From positions 331,275-395,274 of the forward strand of contig CAXTYC010000002.1 in assembly GCA_964248365.1 (NCBI GenBank): a stretch of DNA of 64,000 bases, read 5' to 3'. Source of the DNA: an uncultured Chroococcidiopsis sp. (GTDB lineage Bacteria; Cyanobacteriota; Cyanobacteriia; Cyanobacteriales; Chroococcidiopsidaceae). Below, piece by piece: positions 11,096 to 23,526 of this stretch; the first letter of the stretch is position 1; each line of letters starts with the position of its first letter. The notes below the pieces were generated by a model that was not told the DNA's origin, searched no databases, and saw nothing but the letters and a program-made list of their open reading frames with translations. A program made the translations under genes and the position numbers.

Positions 11096-11116
11096 GGTGG
11101 GCAATGCCCACCCTAC
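11096..11116. repeat. Dispersed palindrome GGTGGGCA(A/T)TGCCCACC (REP/SDR-like family)
   Basis: Copies near 11096, 16949 and 44232; half copies near 11161, 16869, 46749, 62476, 62570 and 62669, mostly at accessory-gene borders. Confidence 0.8.
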
Positions 11117-11182
11117 ATTAATTTATTCCCAGGTAGAAGCAGAAAAGGAGAAATAAGTCAGGTGGGCAATGGTAACAAACAT

Positions 11183-12574
11183 TTAAAATTCGGCACTCAA
11201 TGGAGTTCTGGGAAATGGAATTACATCGCGGATATTTCCCATTCCTGTCATAAACTGTACCAAGCGCTCAAATCCTAAGCCAAAGCCAGCATGAGGTACA
11301 GTACCATAGCGCCGCAAATCTAGATACCACCACAAATCTTCAGGATTTAAGCCTTGCGCTTTCATGCGTCTTTCTAGTACTTCTAGGCGTTCTTCCCGCT
11401 GGGAACCACCAATTATTTCGCCAATTTTAGGAGCGATAACATCCATTGCCCGAACAGTCTTTTCGTCATCGTTGAGGCGCATATAAAAGGCTTTGATTTC
11501 GGCTGGATAATCTGTAACGATCGCAGGCTTTTTAAACAACTCTTCTGCCAGGTAGCGTTCGTGTTCTGATTGTAAATCTAAGCCCCATTTGACAGGATAT
11601 TCAAAGGTTTTATCGGCTTTTTCTAATAGAGCGATCGCCTCGCTATAAGTTACCCGTTCAAAAGAATTATTGATGATATTTTCAGCCGTTGCCAATACAG
11701 AATTATCAATTCGTTGGTTGAAAAACTCCATATCTTCTGGGCAAGTTTCCAACACATACTTGAAAATATACTTTAGAAACGCTTCTGCTAGATCCATATC
11801 TCCTTCGAGATCGCAGAAAGCCATTTCTGGTTCTATCATCCAAAATTCTGCCAAATGGCGAGAAGTGTTAGAATTTTCTGCTCTAAAAGTGGGACCAAAA
11901 GTGTAGACGTTGCTGAATGCCATTGCCATGACTTCAGCTTCAAGTTGTCCACTAACTGTTAAGTGTGCTTGTCCACCAAAAAAGTCTTTACTATAATCTA
12001 CTTTCTCATCTTTGGTATGAGGTACATTTTTAAGATCCAAACTTGTTACAGTGAACAATTCCCCAGCACCTTCACAGTCGTTTTGGGTAATAATGGGAGT
12101 ATGTACCCACAAAAAGTTTCTTTCTTGAAAGAACTGGTGAATAGCCGTAGCACAAGCATTGCGTACTCGAAAAACTGCACCGAATGAATTGGTACGCGAT
12201 CGCAAATGTCCAATTGTCCGCAAAAATTCAAAAGAGTGGCGTTTCTTTTGCAGTGGGTAAGTTTCGGGATCAGCTTCTCCGAAAACTTTCACCGTATCAG
12301 CTTGCAATTCAATTCTTTGCCCTTTACCCTGTGAAGGCACTAATACCCCAGTTACTTCTACCGAAGCACCAGTATTCAGTTGCTTTAGGAGTGTTTCATA
12401 TTCTGGCATTTCTGCCTTCATCACCACTTGCAAGTTAGCAAGCGATGAACCATCATTTACCTCAATAAAGGCAAATCCTTTCAAATCACGTTTCGTTCGT
12501 ACCCAGCCTTGAATCATCACTGACTGATCCGGCTGACCATTAGGTAATAAATCTAATATACGTTGCTTTTCCAT
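11183..12574 (-). CDS. asnS: Asparagine--tRNA ligase
   Basis: GWVRTKR OB fold, [43 protein letters not shown]; start set at MEKQRI. Confidence 0.97.
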   Translation of the reverse strand: MEKQRILDLLPNGQPDQSVMIQGWVRTKRDLKGFAFIEVNDGSSLANLQVVMKAEMPEYETLLKQLNTGASVEVTGVLVPSQGKGQRIELQADTVKVFGEADPETYPLQKKRHSFEFLRTIGHLRSRTNSFGAVFRVRNACATAIHQFFQERNFLWVHTPIITQNDCEGAGELFTVTSLDLKNVPHTKDEKVDYSKDFFGGQAHLTVSGQLEAEVMAMAFSNVYTFGPTFRAENSNTSRHLAEFWMIEPEMAFCDLEGDMDLAEAFLKYIFKYVLETCPEDMEFFNQRIDNSVLATAENIINNSFERVTYSEAIALLEKADKTFEYPVKWGLDLQSEHERYLAEELFKKPAIVTDYPAEIKAFYMRLNDDEKTVRAMDVIAPKIGEIIGGSQREERLEVLERRMKAQGLNPEDLWWYLDLRRYGTVPHAGFGLGFERLVQFMTGMGNIRDVIPFPRTPLSAEF

Positions 12575-12656
12575 AACTAATTGGTAGTTGGTAATTGGTA
12601 AATTTCCCCCTCTCCCTCTCTCCCACTCTCCCCTGATTCCCCCTCTTCGGGTTCCA

Positions 12657-13031
12657 CTAGCCACGAGCCACTAACCACCTCAATATCCAGCCTACAACAA
12701 TCCCCAGTCCTCCAAAGCGAACGGCTTGCCAGAAAGGTTCTTTCAAACTTCCCCAAGTGAATAACTGGCTTTCTAAGTTTAGTTCTATGGCTTCTAGCTG
12801 TTCTTGGATTTGTTTTAACTCTGCCTTTAACCCAGGTGAGCGATTTCTAGATAGTTCTGTTTTTACCTGTTTTAAGCGTTTCTGGAGTTCTGCTTGTCGC
12901 TGCTGATCTTGTCTTACTTGGGCGTAGCGTTCTTTTAGGGCAATAAGCGATCGCTCGGTGTCCAAAAGCGATCGCATCAATTCATCTTCTGATTGTAAAT
13001 CGGATTTGGATGGCTCTTGAGGCGACTGCAT
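12657..13031 (-). CDS. Coiled-coil protein with C-terminal membrane segment, function unknown
   Basis: Q/E/K-rich heptads followed by [18 protein letters not shown]. Confidence 0.75.
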   Translation of the reverse strand: MQSPQEPSKSDLQSEDELMRSLLDTERSLIALKERYAQVRQDQQRQAELQKRLKQVKTELSRNRSPGLKAELKQIQEQLEAIELNLESQLFTWGSLKEPFWQAVRFGGLGIVVGWILRWLVARG

Positions 13032-13063
13032 TTATGCTTGTTAGAGTAGTAATAAAAACTAAT

Positions 13064-13360
13064 ATGCCTGACTCTATGATCCAGCCTACCCAGTTTGACA
13101 CAAAATCTAATCTAACCAACCTCAGCAGCTTGGAATTAGCCCAAGCACTGATGGAAAGACTCAGTATCTCACCCAACGACTGGCATAAGTTAAAATCTAA
13201 CCGCAAAGTTCGTGCAGGGGAGCAAGCTGCTGCTGCTATTGTTTTTCTCCTCAAGGATCAGCCAGAAGAAGCCCTTCAAAGACTCCAACAGGCTAGTGGC
13301 TGGTTAGATCGTTCTATTTCTGCACCACCTTGCCCCACTCACGGGAATAAGAGGGGTTAG
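13064..13360 (+). CDS. Conserved cyanobacterial hypothetical protein (DUF6439-like)
   Basis: ELAQALMERLSISPNDWHKLKSNR...GWLDRSISAPPCPTHG. Confidence 0.75.
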   Translation: MPDSMIQPTQFDTKSNLTNLSSLELAQALMERLSISPNDWHKLKSNRKVRAGEQAAAAIVFLLKDQPEEALQRLQQASGWLDRSISAPPCPTHGNKRG

Positions 13361-13503
13361 GGGCTAGAGGCTAGGGGCTAGGGAAGGACAAGGAGACAAG
13401 GGGACAAGGAGACAAGGGGAGAATTGTTAATTCCTACTTTATCCTTTTTGCCTTTTCCCTTTTCCCTTCAACCTTTATCCTTTATACTTCACACTTCATA
13501 CTT

Positions 13504-13956
13504 CTAGTTAAGTAGGGGGAGGCGGAAGCGGTGATTTATTTGTTTGCCTAGCTTGAGTTCTGTACCTTCTGAATTCCAGTGTACGTGGTCGAAAATTTTG
13601 TACAAAATGCACATACCACGACCGCTTTCTGCTTCTTCCATTGGCAAATAATCATTTGGATCAGTGTGGCATTCACATGATGAATGATTAAAGCCGTGTC
13701 CCTGGTCTGAAATTATCCACCAGTAGTGGTCATCTGCCCAGGAGAAGCGCACTATAACAATTTTACTTGGATCTAACTTGTTCCCATGCTTAGCAGCATT
13801 TACTAATGCCTCTTGCAGACCCAGTCGCAGTTCTGGCTGCCATTTATACGGCACTTCTGCTAAAAGTAAATCTAAAATGGGACAAAGATATAGAGTAGAG
13901 GCAAAGCTAATTGTACCCCAATTACGTCCAACCGGACGTGGTGAGATAGTAATCAC
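13504..13956 (-). CDS. pmgA: RsbW-like anti-sigma factor / HATPase kinase (PmgA-like)
   Basis: SFASTLYLCPILDLLL, LGLQEALVNAAKHGN (N box), ISDQGHGF (G1), ESGRG (G2); GTG start inferred. Confidence 0.8.
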   Translation of the reverse strand: MITISPRPVGRNWGTISFASTLYLCPILDLLLAEVPYKWQPELRLGLQEALVNAAKHGNKLDPSKIVIVRFSWADDHYWWIISDQGHGFNHSSCECHTDPNDYLPMEEAESGRGMCILYKIFDHVHWNSEGTELKLGKQINHRFRLPLLN

Positions 13957-14501
13957 TACAAAAGACCCCGTAGCTTTCACCTATAAAGACGTGCATTTGT
14001 TCAGGATGAGCCTAAAATCTAACAGATCTTAGCCAAATATTATGTGTTATTTGAGCTTGCATCTGTCAGCAATTTGTGCATTAGGAGTTATGCTACTGCG
14101 ATGCAACTGAATAGTTATAGCCAAAACCTTTCGCAGTCATCCCATTCGGGCAATCAGCTAATTGAACCGATCTAATAATCTTCAAGAGCATAGAGCCTCT
14201 AGGGTATCTGCCAACCTGTAACATAAACAGTCAAATTAGATTATTTGACTGAATTTATTCATTTGAATTTTATTTATCTAGCTAGAAATTGACAGCTGCC
14301 TCTTAAACAATATTAGCATCTCCTGCCCATTCCTACCCTAATTCCATATATTTATAGTATTTATACTTATATAATTGATAATTGGTAATTGGTAGTTGGT
14401 AGTTGGGGAAAGGGAAAAGGGAAAAGGGAAAAGGGAAAAGGTGAAAGGGTAATTCATAATTGCTCCCCCATCTCCCCCAGATCTCTTCTAGTCTCTAGCC
14501 T

Positions 14502-15929
14502 CTAGCCCCTAGCCCCTAGCCCCTCCAAAAAAGCAGCACACTCTACATGAGATGTTTGAGGAAAAAAGTCTGCTGGTTGTACTCTGGATAAATAATATTT
14601 CCCTGTCTGACAAAGGAGTTTGAGATCACGGGCGAGAGTGGCTACTTTACAGCTAACGTAGACGATGCGTTGGGGTGAAGATTTCAGTAGACTATCGATG
14701 ACAGTGCGATCGCATCCAGAGCGCGGTGGATCGAGCAGTACAATATCTGGCACAATCCCTAACCCAGGTAGCAGTTTTTCAACTTGTCCGGCTTGAAATG
14801 TGGCATTAGTAATACCATTAAGCTGAGCATTGATTTGGGCTTGCTCTACTGCTGCTGTTTGCTCCTCTATACCAATTGCTTGTCGTACTTGCTGCGCTAG
14901 TGGCAAGGTTAATGTCCCAATGCCACAATATGCATCAACTAAGATTTCATCACCTTGCAAATTTAGTTGCTGTCGAATTACTTGTAACAATGCTTCGGCT
15001 GACTCGGTATAAACTTGGAAAAAAGTATCAGGACGTACTTGAAAAGTGAGTCCTGCAAACTGTTCTAGCAAGTAAGGCTTTCCTGCTATAGGGCGAGTTT
15101 GAGTGCCAAAAATCACATTTGTGCGCTCTTTGTTGCGATTGAGAGACACGCCTACTAGCCCAGGATAGCGTTTTAACCACTCGTCGGCTTGTTGCTCAAT
15201 TCCTGGTAAGTGCCAATCTTTCACTACCAAAGTCAGCAGCATTTCTCCCGTCCGACGACCGATTCGTAGCGCTAAATGACGCACAAGTCCTTTATGATGG
15301 CGTTCATCATACACTTGCCATTGGCGTTGTTGGATGTCTTGCTTGACAGAGGCTAAAAGTGGATTTAAGCGCGAATCTTGCACGGGGCATTGATTTAGGT
15401 TGATCAGCAGGTGGCTACCTTTTTGGTAGTAACCAGCTTGTACCAAACCAGTGGCTGATTTACCTAGAGGATAGGTGGCTTTGTTGCGATATCCTAAAGC
15501 AGCCCACGCAGCTAAAACTGGATCAACTGGGGGGTTAGTAAATCCTCCGATGCGTTCTAGGGCTTGGATAACTTGGGTTCGTTTTGCTTGTAGTTGGTAA
15601 TCATAATTGATATGCTGCCACTGACAACCGCCACACTTATCAGCAACAATGCAGCCAGAGCGGATGCGGTGGGGAGATGGTTCTAGTAATTGGTAGAGTT
15701 TACCATGAGCGTAGTTCGGTTTTACTCGTACAAGTCGGACTAAAACGCGATCGCCTGGTACAGTATCAGGTACAAACACTACTCGTCCATTGATGCGCCC
15801 TACTCCATCACCAGTATCGTTCAAATCGGCGATCCCTACCTCAACAATTTCACCTTGTTGCCAAGAGTCGGATGAGCGATCGCTATTTTCAGTATCAGTA
15901 TTAAAATTAGGCAACTTGGTAACAGACAC
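14502..15929 (-). CDS. rlmD: 23S rRNA (uracil-1939-C5)-methyltransferase
   Basis: TRAM domain, CIVADKCGGCQWQ 4Fe-4S motif, DAYCGIG, LDPPRSG, YVSC, DFFPQTSHVE. Confidence 0.94.
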   Translation of the reverse strand: MSVTKLPNFNTDTENSDRSSDSWQQGEIVEVGIADLNDTGDGVGRINGRVVFVPDTVPGDRVLVRLVRVKPNYAHGKLYQLLEPSPHRIRSGCIVADKCGGCQWQHINYDYQLQAKRTQVIQALERIGGFTNPPVDPVLAAWAALGYRNKATYPLGKSATGLVQAGYYQKGSHLLINLNQCPVQDSRLNPLLASVKQDIQQRQWQVYDERHHKGLVRHLALRIGRRTGEMLLTLVVKDWHLPGIEQQADEWLKRYPGLVGVSLNRNKERTNVIFGTQTRPIAGKPYLLEQFAGLTFQVRPDTFFQVYTESAEALLQVIRQQLNLQGDEILVDAYCGIGTLTLPLAQQVRQAIGIEEQTAAVEQAQINAQLNGITNATFQAGQVEKLLPGLGIVPDIVLLDPPRSGCDRTVIDSLLKSSPQRIVYVSCKVATLARDLKLLCQTGKYYLSRVQPADFFPQTSHVECAAFLEGLGARG

Positions 15930-16012
15930 AACTTGTGATCTCCCTTTCTTTGTGTGTCCAAGAATCGTTAAACTACATAGTGATATTGATATTCTGACTC
16001 ATCCCCATAATC

Positions 16013-16498
16013 ATGAGTGTAGTTAGCCAAGTTATTCTCCAAGCCGACGACGAGCTTCGTTACCCTAGCACGGGCGAACTCGAAAACATTAAAAACTTTT
16101 TGCAAACAGGCACACAGCGGATGCGAATCGCCGCTACCCTAGCCGAAAACGAGAAAAAGATTGTTCAGCAAGCCAGTAAACAGCTGTGGCAAAAACGCCC
16201 AGACTTTATCGCCCCAGGTGGAAACGCCTACGGTGAACGCCAACGGGCGCTATGTCTGCGCGACTATGGCTGGTATTTGCGCTTAATTACCTACGGGGTA
16301 CTAGCTGGAGACAAAGAACCAATTGAAAAGATTGGTTTAATTGGGGTACGGGAAATGTACAATTCGCTGGGCGTTCCCGTTCCTGGTATGGTTGAATCGA
16401 TTCGTTGCCTCAAAGCAGCTGCGCTTGGTTTACTAAGTGCGGAAGATGCAGCCGAAGCAGCGCCATACTTCGATTACATTATTCAGGAAATGTCCTAA
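16013..16498 (+). CDS. apcD: Allophycocyanin-B alpha subunit
   Basis: [52 protein letters not shown]. Confidence 0.97.
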   Translation: MSVVSQVILQADDELRYPSTGELENIKNFLQTGTQRMRIAATLAENEKKIVQQASKQLWQKRPDFIAPGGNAYGERQRALCLRDYGWYLRLITYGVLAGDKEPIEKIGLIGVREMYNSLGVPVPGMVESIRCLKAAALGLLSAEDAAEAAPYFDYIIQEMS

Positions 16499-16617
16499 CG
16501 CAACTGATTTTAATTAAGAAATATTTCAAATATTTCTTCTTGACTTCCCCACGTTTGGTAGTGACGAAGGCAGGTTTATGTCGAGTTGCTAGCAAGCAGT
16601 GGGGAAATTTTGTTTTG

Positions 16618-16833
16618 CTACTGGTTTTGCAGTCGTGCTAACTGTAACCTCAAAATTTCTATATCTCCTGGTGGAGCTGTAACTGTATTAGGATCGTTTT
16701 TAATCCTCAAAAAATGTTCTTGTAAAGAGGCTTTGCGAACATCTTCATATTCTTGTCCTGTGTGTTCTAAAGCAAAATCAATCAACTCGTCGTTTGTCAT
16801 CTGCTGAAGTTGATCCTTGAAATTTTCAGACAT
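16618..16833 (-). CDS. Small hypothetical protein
   Basis: Open 71-codon frame MSENFKDQLQQMTNDELIDFALEH...; charged and helical; no family recognised. Confidence 0.55.
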   Translation of the reverse strand: MSENFKDQLQQMTNDELIDFALEHTGQEYEDVRKASLQEHFLRIKNDPNTVTAPPGDIEILRLQLARLQNQ

Positions 16834-17096
16834 ATTTTCTGCCTCTAAGTCCAATTAAAAAAGTAAGGAGGGCATGGGTGGCATACAACTTAATTTAACG
16901 AACCGCCAAGACGCAAAGGACGCGAAGGAAAAAGATAAGAAAAAGTAGGGTGGGCATTGCCCACCTACAACATTTAAGGCTTACTGCGATCGTCACAGAC
17001 AACCTTAAAACTTTAACTAGCAAATGCTGACTTTAAAAGCATTTTCAGTTTAATAATAAAGCTCACAAATAGTAAAATAATTTCACAGTAGTTAAT

Positions 17097-17571
17097 ATGG
17101 CAACTCCTTTAGACTCTTTATTACCCCCATTGCGGTTAATTACTTTTCCTGTTAGTCACTATTGTGAAAAAGCACGGTGGGCGTTGAATAGGCTGAACAT
17201 TCCCTACGTTGAAGAACGTCACGCACCGCTATTTCATCACTTGGCAACAAGTCGTGTAGGTGGAAAGTCTGTGCCAGTCTTGATTGCTGGAACGCAGGCT
17301 TTTACCGATTCTACAGATATTATGAAATATCTGGATCTGATCGCCCCTGAGAATGCCAAGTTGTACCCTTTATATCCAGATTTGCGGGGGCAAGTTGAGG
17401 AATTGGAAGCACTATTCAACACTGGGCTTGGAACTGCAACGCGGGTTTGGGCATATTCCTACGAATTTAGAACAATTACCACCGAAAATGTTTGAGGAAG
17501 TTTGTGCGTTTCGAGAGATGCCAGCAGGAGCATTTGCGCTACGATTATGGCGCGATCGTGTAGCTAAATAA
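17097..17571 (+). pseudogene. Glutathione S-transferase family gene with an internal out-of-frame deletion
   Basis: N-domain SHYCEKARWAL...SVPVL...DSTDI stops at 17495; another frame carries a family-like C-terminus LPPKMFEEVCAFREMPAGAFALRLWRDR to 17571. Confidence 0.72.
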
Positions 17572-17656
17572 ATTATAAACGGAGCAATGTTTTATTTATA
17601 CAGCAACGCTACAGTTGATAATTAAATAAAAGGCGTAAGTTTTAACTTTTCAGGCA

Positions 17657-18325
17657 TTGTTAATGGTTGATTCTATGATTAGTACATCAAGTCCAGCCGA
17701 ACAAAGAGTATTACTAAAAAACATCAGTTGGCAACTGTTTGAAAGCTTGTTGCAGGAAATGGGAGAACAGCGTTCTACCCGACTGGCTTATCACAAGGGA
17801 AAACTAGAGTTAATGACACCACTTTGGGAGCATGAAAATCGTAACAGAGTAATAGACCGCTTAATTTCAACTTTGATAGAAGAACTAAACCTTGAATATA
17901 GTCCTGGTGGTTCCTTCACTTTGAAACGTCGAGAAATGTCTGCTGGTAAAGAACCAGATTCATGCTATTACATACAAAATGAAGCATGGGTAAGAGGCAA
18001 AAAAGAAATAGATTTAACTCAAGTTCCACCGCCAGATTTAGCCCTTGAAATTGATATTACTAGCAGTTCTTTAAATCAATTGAGTATCTATTCAGATTTA
18101 GGTGTGCCTGAAGTATGGAGATACAACGGTAGTAGATTGCAAATCTATCAACTTCAAAATGGAGAATATGTAGAATGCGGCTTTTCCCCTACTTTCCCCT
18201 TACTCCCAGCGACCGCTGTTGAAGAATTTTTAGAGCAATGTCAAACCTTGGGTGTAACTCAAGCGGTGCGTCAATTTCGCCAATGGATAAGAAATCAGCT
18301 ACAAAATACCGAAAGCGGACAATGA
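17657..18325 (+). CDS. Uma2-family (DUF820) PD-(D/E)xK protein
   Basis: ISWQLFESLL, RLAYHKGKLELMTP, EPDSCYYIQN, PPPDLALEIDITSSS, LGVPEVWRY. Confidence 0.92.
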   Translation: MLMVDSMISTSSPAEQRVLLKNISWQLFESLLQEMGEQRSTRLAYHKGKLELMTPLWEHENRNRVIDRLISTLIEELNLEYSPGGSFTLKRREMSAGKEPDSCYYIQNEAWVRGKKEIDLTQVPPPDLALEIDITSSSLNQLSIYSDLGVPEVWRYNGSRLQIYQLQNGEYVECGFSPTFPLLPATAVEEFLEQCQTLGVTQAVRQFRQWIRNQLQNTESGQ

Positions 18326-18367
18326 TTTAGCTAAAATAAGGGTTTGTCCTATTTGTCCCATGCTCCT

Positions 18368-20830
<2,463 letters not shown>

Positions 20831-20912
20831 GATCCCAGTAATTTTAAACCAAATTATTATCCAAAATCAATGCCCTTGGGAAGCATTATTAAGCTAATCT
20901 TGTTATGGGTAA

Positions 20913-20942
20913 TAGTTAACTTTTTGTTAAGTATTAGTTAAT
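20913..20942. promoter_or_regulatory. Three GTTAA direct repeats at 11-bp period upstream of purF (OmpR/PhoB-type site)
   Basis: GTTAA at 20915, 20926 and 20937; reverse strand resembles the cyanobacterial Pho box YTTAAYYW-N3 array. Confidence 0.5.
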
Positions 20943-21013
20943 GTTTCTGAATTGATTAGTTCAGATTATAGATCTCCCAGAATCAACACGCCGCTTAGGA
21001 GCAAAGCTGTAGC

Positions 21014-22531
21014 ATGATTCCACACCAGCCGCCCACCGATAGTATGAATTATGAAGACAAAAAGATGAATGAAGAATTGATTCATAATTCATCCTTAATC
21101 CATGAGCCTTCTGATAAGCAAGAAGAAGCCTGTGGTGTTTTTGGTATCTATGCACCCCACGAGGACGTTGCTAAACTAACCTACTTTGGTTTGTACGCCC
21201 TGCAACACCGAGGGCAGGAGTCGGCTGGAATCGCCACATTTGAAGGTGAACAAGTGTATTTGCATAAAGAAATGGGGCTGGTGTCCCAAGTCTTTAATGA
21301 ATCAATTTTGCAGCAGATGCCAGGTAGTATAGCCGTAGGTCATACTCGTTACTCGACTACTGGTTCTAGCCGTGTTGTGAATGCTCAGCCAGCAGTATTA
21401 GAAACTCGCTTAGGTTCTCTTGCGCTAGCACATAATGGTAATTTAGTCAATACTCCTCAATTACGCGAAGAGTTGCTAAAGCGCCAGTGTAACTTAATTA
21501 CTACTACGGATTCAGAGTTAATCGCCTTTGGGATCGCCCTGGAAGTCAACGCAGGGAAAGAATGGTTAGATGGAGCGATCGCCGCCTTGCAGCAGTGCCA
21601 GGGAGCCTTTAGTTTAGTAATTGGGACACCAGGGGGAATCATGGGCGCTCGCGATCCGAACGGCATCCGTCCCTTGGTAATTGGTACTTTGGGCAGCAAT
21701 CCCTATCGTTACGTTCTTGCCTCGGAAACTTGTGGATTAGATATTATTGGTGCAGAATACCTACGAGATGTAGAACCTGGCGAGTTAGTTTGGATTACCG
21801 AAGAAGGATTAGCCTCTTATCATTGGGCGCAAAAACCCCAGCGCAAGCTGTGTATCTTTGAAATGATTTACTTTGCCCGTCCAGATAGCACCATGAATAG
21901 TGAGAGTTTGTACAGCTATCGATTACAGCTAGGAAGACAACTGGCAGAAGAATCTTTCATAGAAGCCGACATGGTAATGGGTGTGCCTGATTCTGGTGTG
22001 CCAGCTGCTATCGGCTTTTCTCAAGCTTCGGGTATTCCCTATGCAGAAGGGCTAATTAAAAATCGCTACGTAGGACGAACCTTCATTCAACCGACTCAAA
22101 CTATGCGTGAGTCGGGCATCCGCATGAAACTCAACCCGCTCAAAGATGTGTTAGCTGGCAAACGAGTCGTAATTGTAGATGACTCAATTGTACGCGGAAC
22201 AACCAGCCGCAAACTAGTCAAGATGCTGCGAGATGCAGGCGCACTTGAGGTGCATATGCGGATTTCTTCTCCGCCAGTTACTCACCCCTGCTTTTATGGT
22301 ATCGATACTGACAGCCAAGATCAGCTAATCGCCGCTACAAAGTCAGTCGAAGAGATTGCCCGACAAATAGAGGTAGACTCTCTTGCCTATCTCAGTTTGG
22401 ATGGAATGCTCAAAGCTACGAAAGAAGATCCTAACACTTTCTGTTCTGCTTGTTTCACAGGTGATTATCCCATCGCCATTCCTGAAAATGTCAAACGCTC
22501 TAAGCTGATTTTAGAGCGATCGCCCGTTTAA
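21014..22531 (+). CDS. purF: Amidophosphoribosyltransferase
   Basis: EACGVFG propeptide/catalytic Cys, LQHRGQESAG, GHTRYST, VDDSIVRGTT, PCFYGID, CSACF. Confidence 0.97.
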   Translation: MIPHQPPTDSMNYEDKKMNEELIHNSSLIHEPSDKQEEACGVFGIYAPHEDVAKLTYFGLYALQHRGQESAGIATFEGEQVYLHKEMGLVSQVFNESILQQMPGSIAVGHTRYSTTGSSRVVNAQPAVLETRLGSLALAHNGNLVNTPQLREELLKRQCNLITTTDSELIAFGIALEVNAGKEWLDGAIAALQQCQGAFSLVIGTPGGIMGARDPNGIRPLVIGTLGSNPYRYVLASETCGLDIIGAEYLRDVEPGELVWITEEGLASYHWAQKPQRKLCIFEMIYFARPDSTMNSESLYSYRLQLGRQLAEESFIEADMVMGVPDSGVPAAIGFSQASGIPYAEGLIKNRYVGRTFIQPTQTMRESGIRMKLNPLKDVLAGKRVVIVDDSIVRGTTSRKLVKMLRDAGALEVHMRISSPPVTHPCFYGIDTDSQDQLIAATKSVEEIARQIEVDSLAYLSLDGMLKATKEDPNTFCSACFTGDYPIAIPENVKRSKLILERSPV

Positions 22532-22722
22532 TATCCACTTACCGCCGTAGCCCAGCCCCGCTATGGTGGTAGGACTGACGCTAACAGCAATAACTCATTG
22601 GTTGCTAGTGTAACGAGTGCATTACAACCGATGCTTAAACCAACCGTCCTCAAGCACTTTGCCCCAGCGGCTGCGGATAACTATGCCCTAAAATTAAGAA
22701 AATCTGTGGCTATGTGGCGAAT

Positions 22723-22954
22723 ATGGATAGAATCTCGGTCAACCCTCAAACTCACTTTGGTAAGCCTTGCATAGTCGGTACGCGCATCACTGTGCAGAGC
22801 GTTCTTGAATTGCTCAACGAAGGGCTTTCCTTTGAAGAAATTATCAAAAGACTATTATCCCGACCTTCAAGTTGAGGATATTCGTGCTTGTCTGCGGTAC
22901 GCCATTGCGCTGGTGGCGGCTGAGGACATTCGCCTTGTATGCGCGACATCGTGA
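22723..22954 (+). pseudogene. DUF433-family antitoxin, +1 frameshift
   Basis: MDRISVNPQTHFGKPCIVGTRITVQSVLELLNEGLSFEEIIK, then after skipping one A in CAAAAG: DYYPDLQVEDIRACLRYA. Confidence 0.85.
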
Positions 22955-23483
22955 GATTCGTTACTTGACCAAGATGTTTTCGCTTTGACGGCAAGATTTT
23001 TGGTAGATGCCGAACATGATGTGATTCTTGTTGCTCAGATTGGTCTTTCGCAAGCAAGTGATGAAGAAATTCTTAGGACACACGAACAGCAACGTATTCT
23101 TGTGACGCGAGACAGGGACTACGGAAATCTTGTTTTTGTTAGATTCACATATTGCACCAGTTTCAATAACCGCCCCTTACTTCTTTTTTGGGCTAATAGC
23201 TCAAGTCCATTGAAATGGACTGCAACCCAATGTTAGTCTTCTTAAGAAGACTTTGGCTTGAGAGCCTGCTAATTAATTAGCAGGCGGACTATGGGGTAGG
23301 TGCAAGATCTAAGTTAGAGCAATTGGAACTGGTATTATTTACCTTCGAGTCCTGCCAAGCACTGCGAATGGAGTTCACACCGAACTAGCACGAATTTTAC
23401 AAACCTACTCTGAAGTGGAATTAACAGGAGCATTTGTGGTTGTAGAACCAGATGGACATAGGTTTAGAAAACTATTTTTATAG
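22951..23483 (+). pseudogene. DUF5615 PIN-like toxin, frameshifted near the start and split by a MITE
   Basis: GTGA overlap with the DUF433 stop; MRF/LLDQDV...ASDEEIL...ILVTRDRDYGNLVFVR, insertion, then AIGTGIIYLRVLP...GAFVVVEPDGHRFRK. Confidence 0.85.
23144..23313. mobile_element. 170-bp MITE with 15-bp imperfect TIRs and 5-bp TSD (TTAGA)
   Basis: TTCACATATTGCACC...GGTGCAAGATCTAAG; TTAGA at 23139-23143 and 23314-23318; removing it plus one TSD restores the local DUF5615 frame. Confidence 0.9.
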
Positions 23484-23526
23484 AACCTGCGCTAAATTCG
23501 GCAGTGCAACTAGTTATTAGGCTGCC

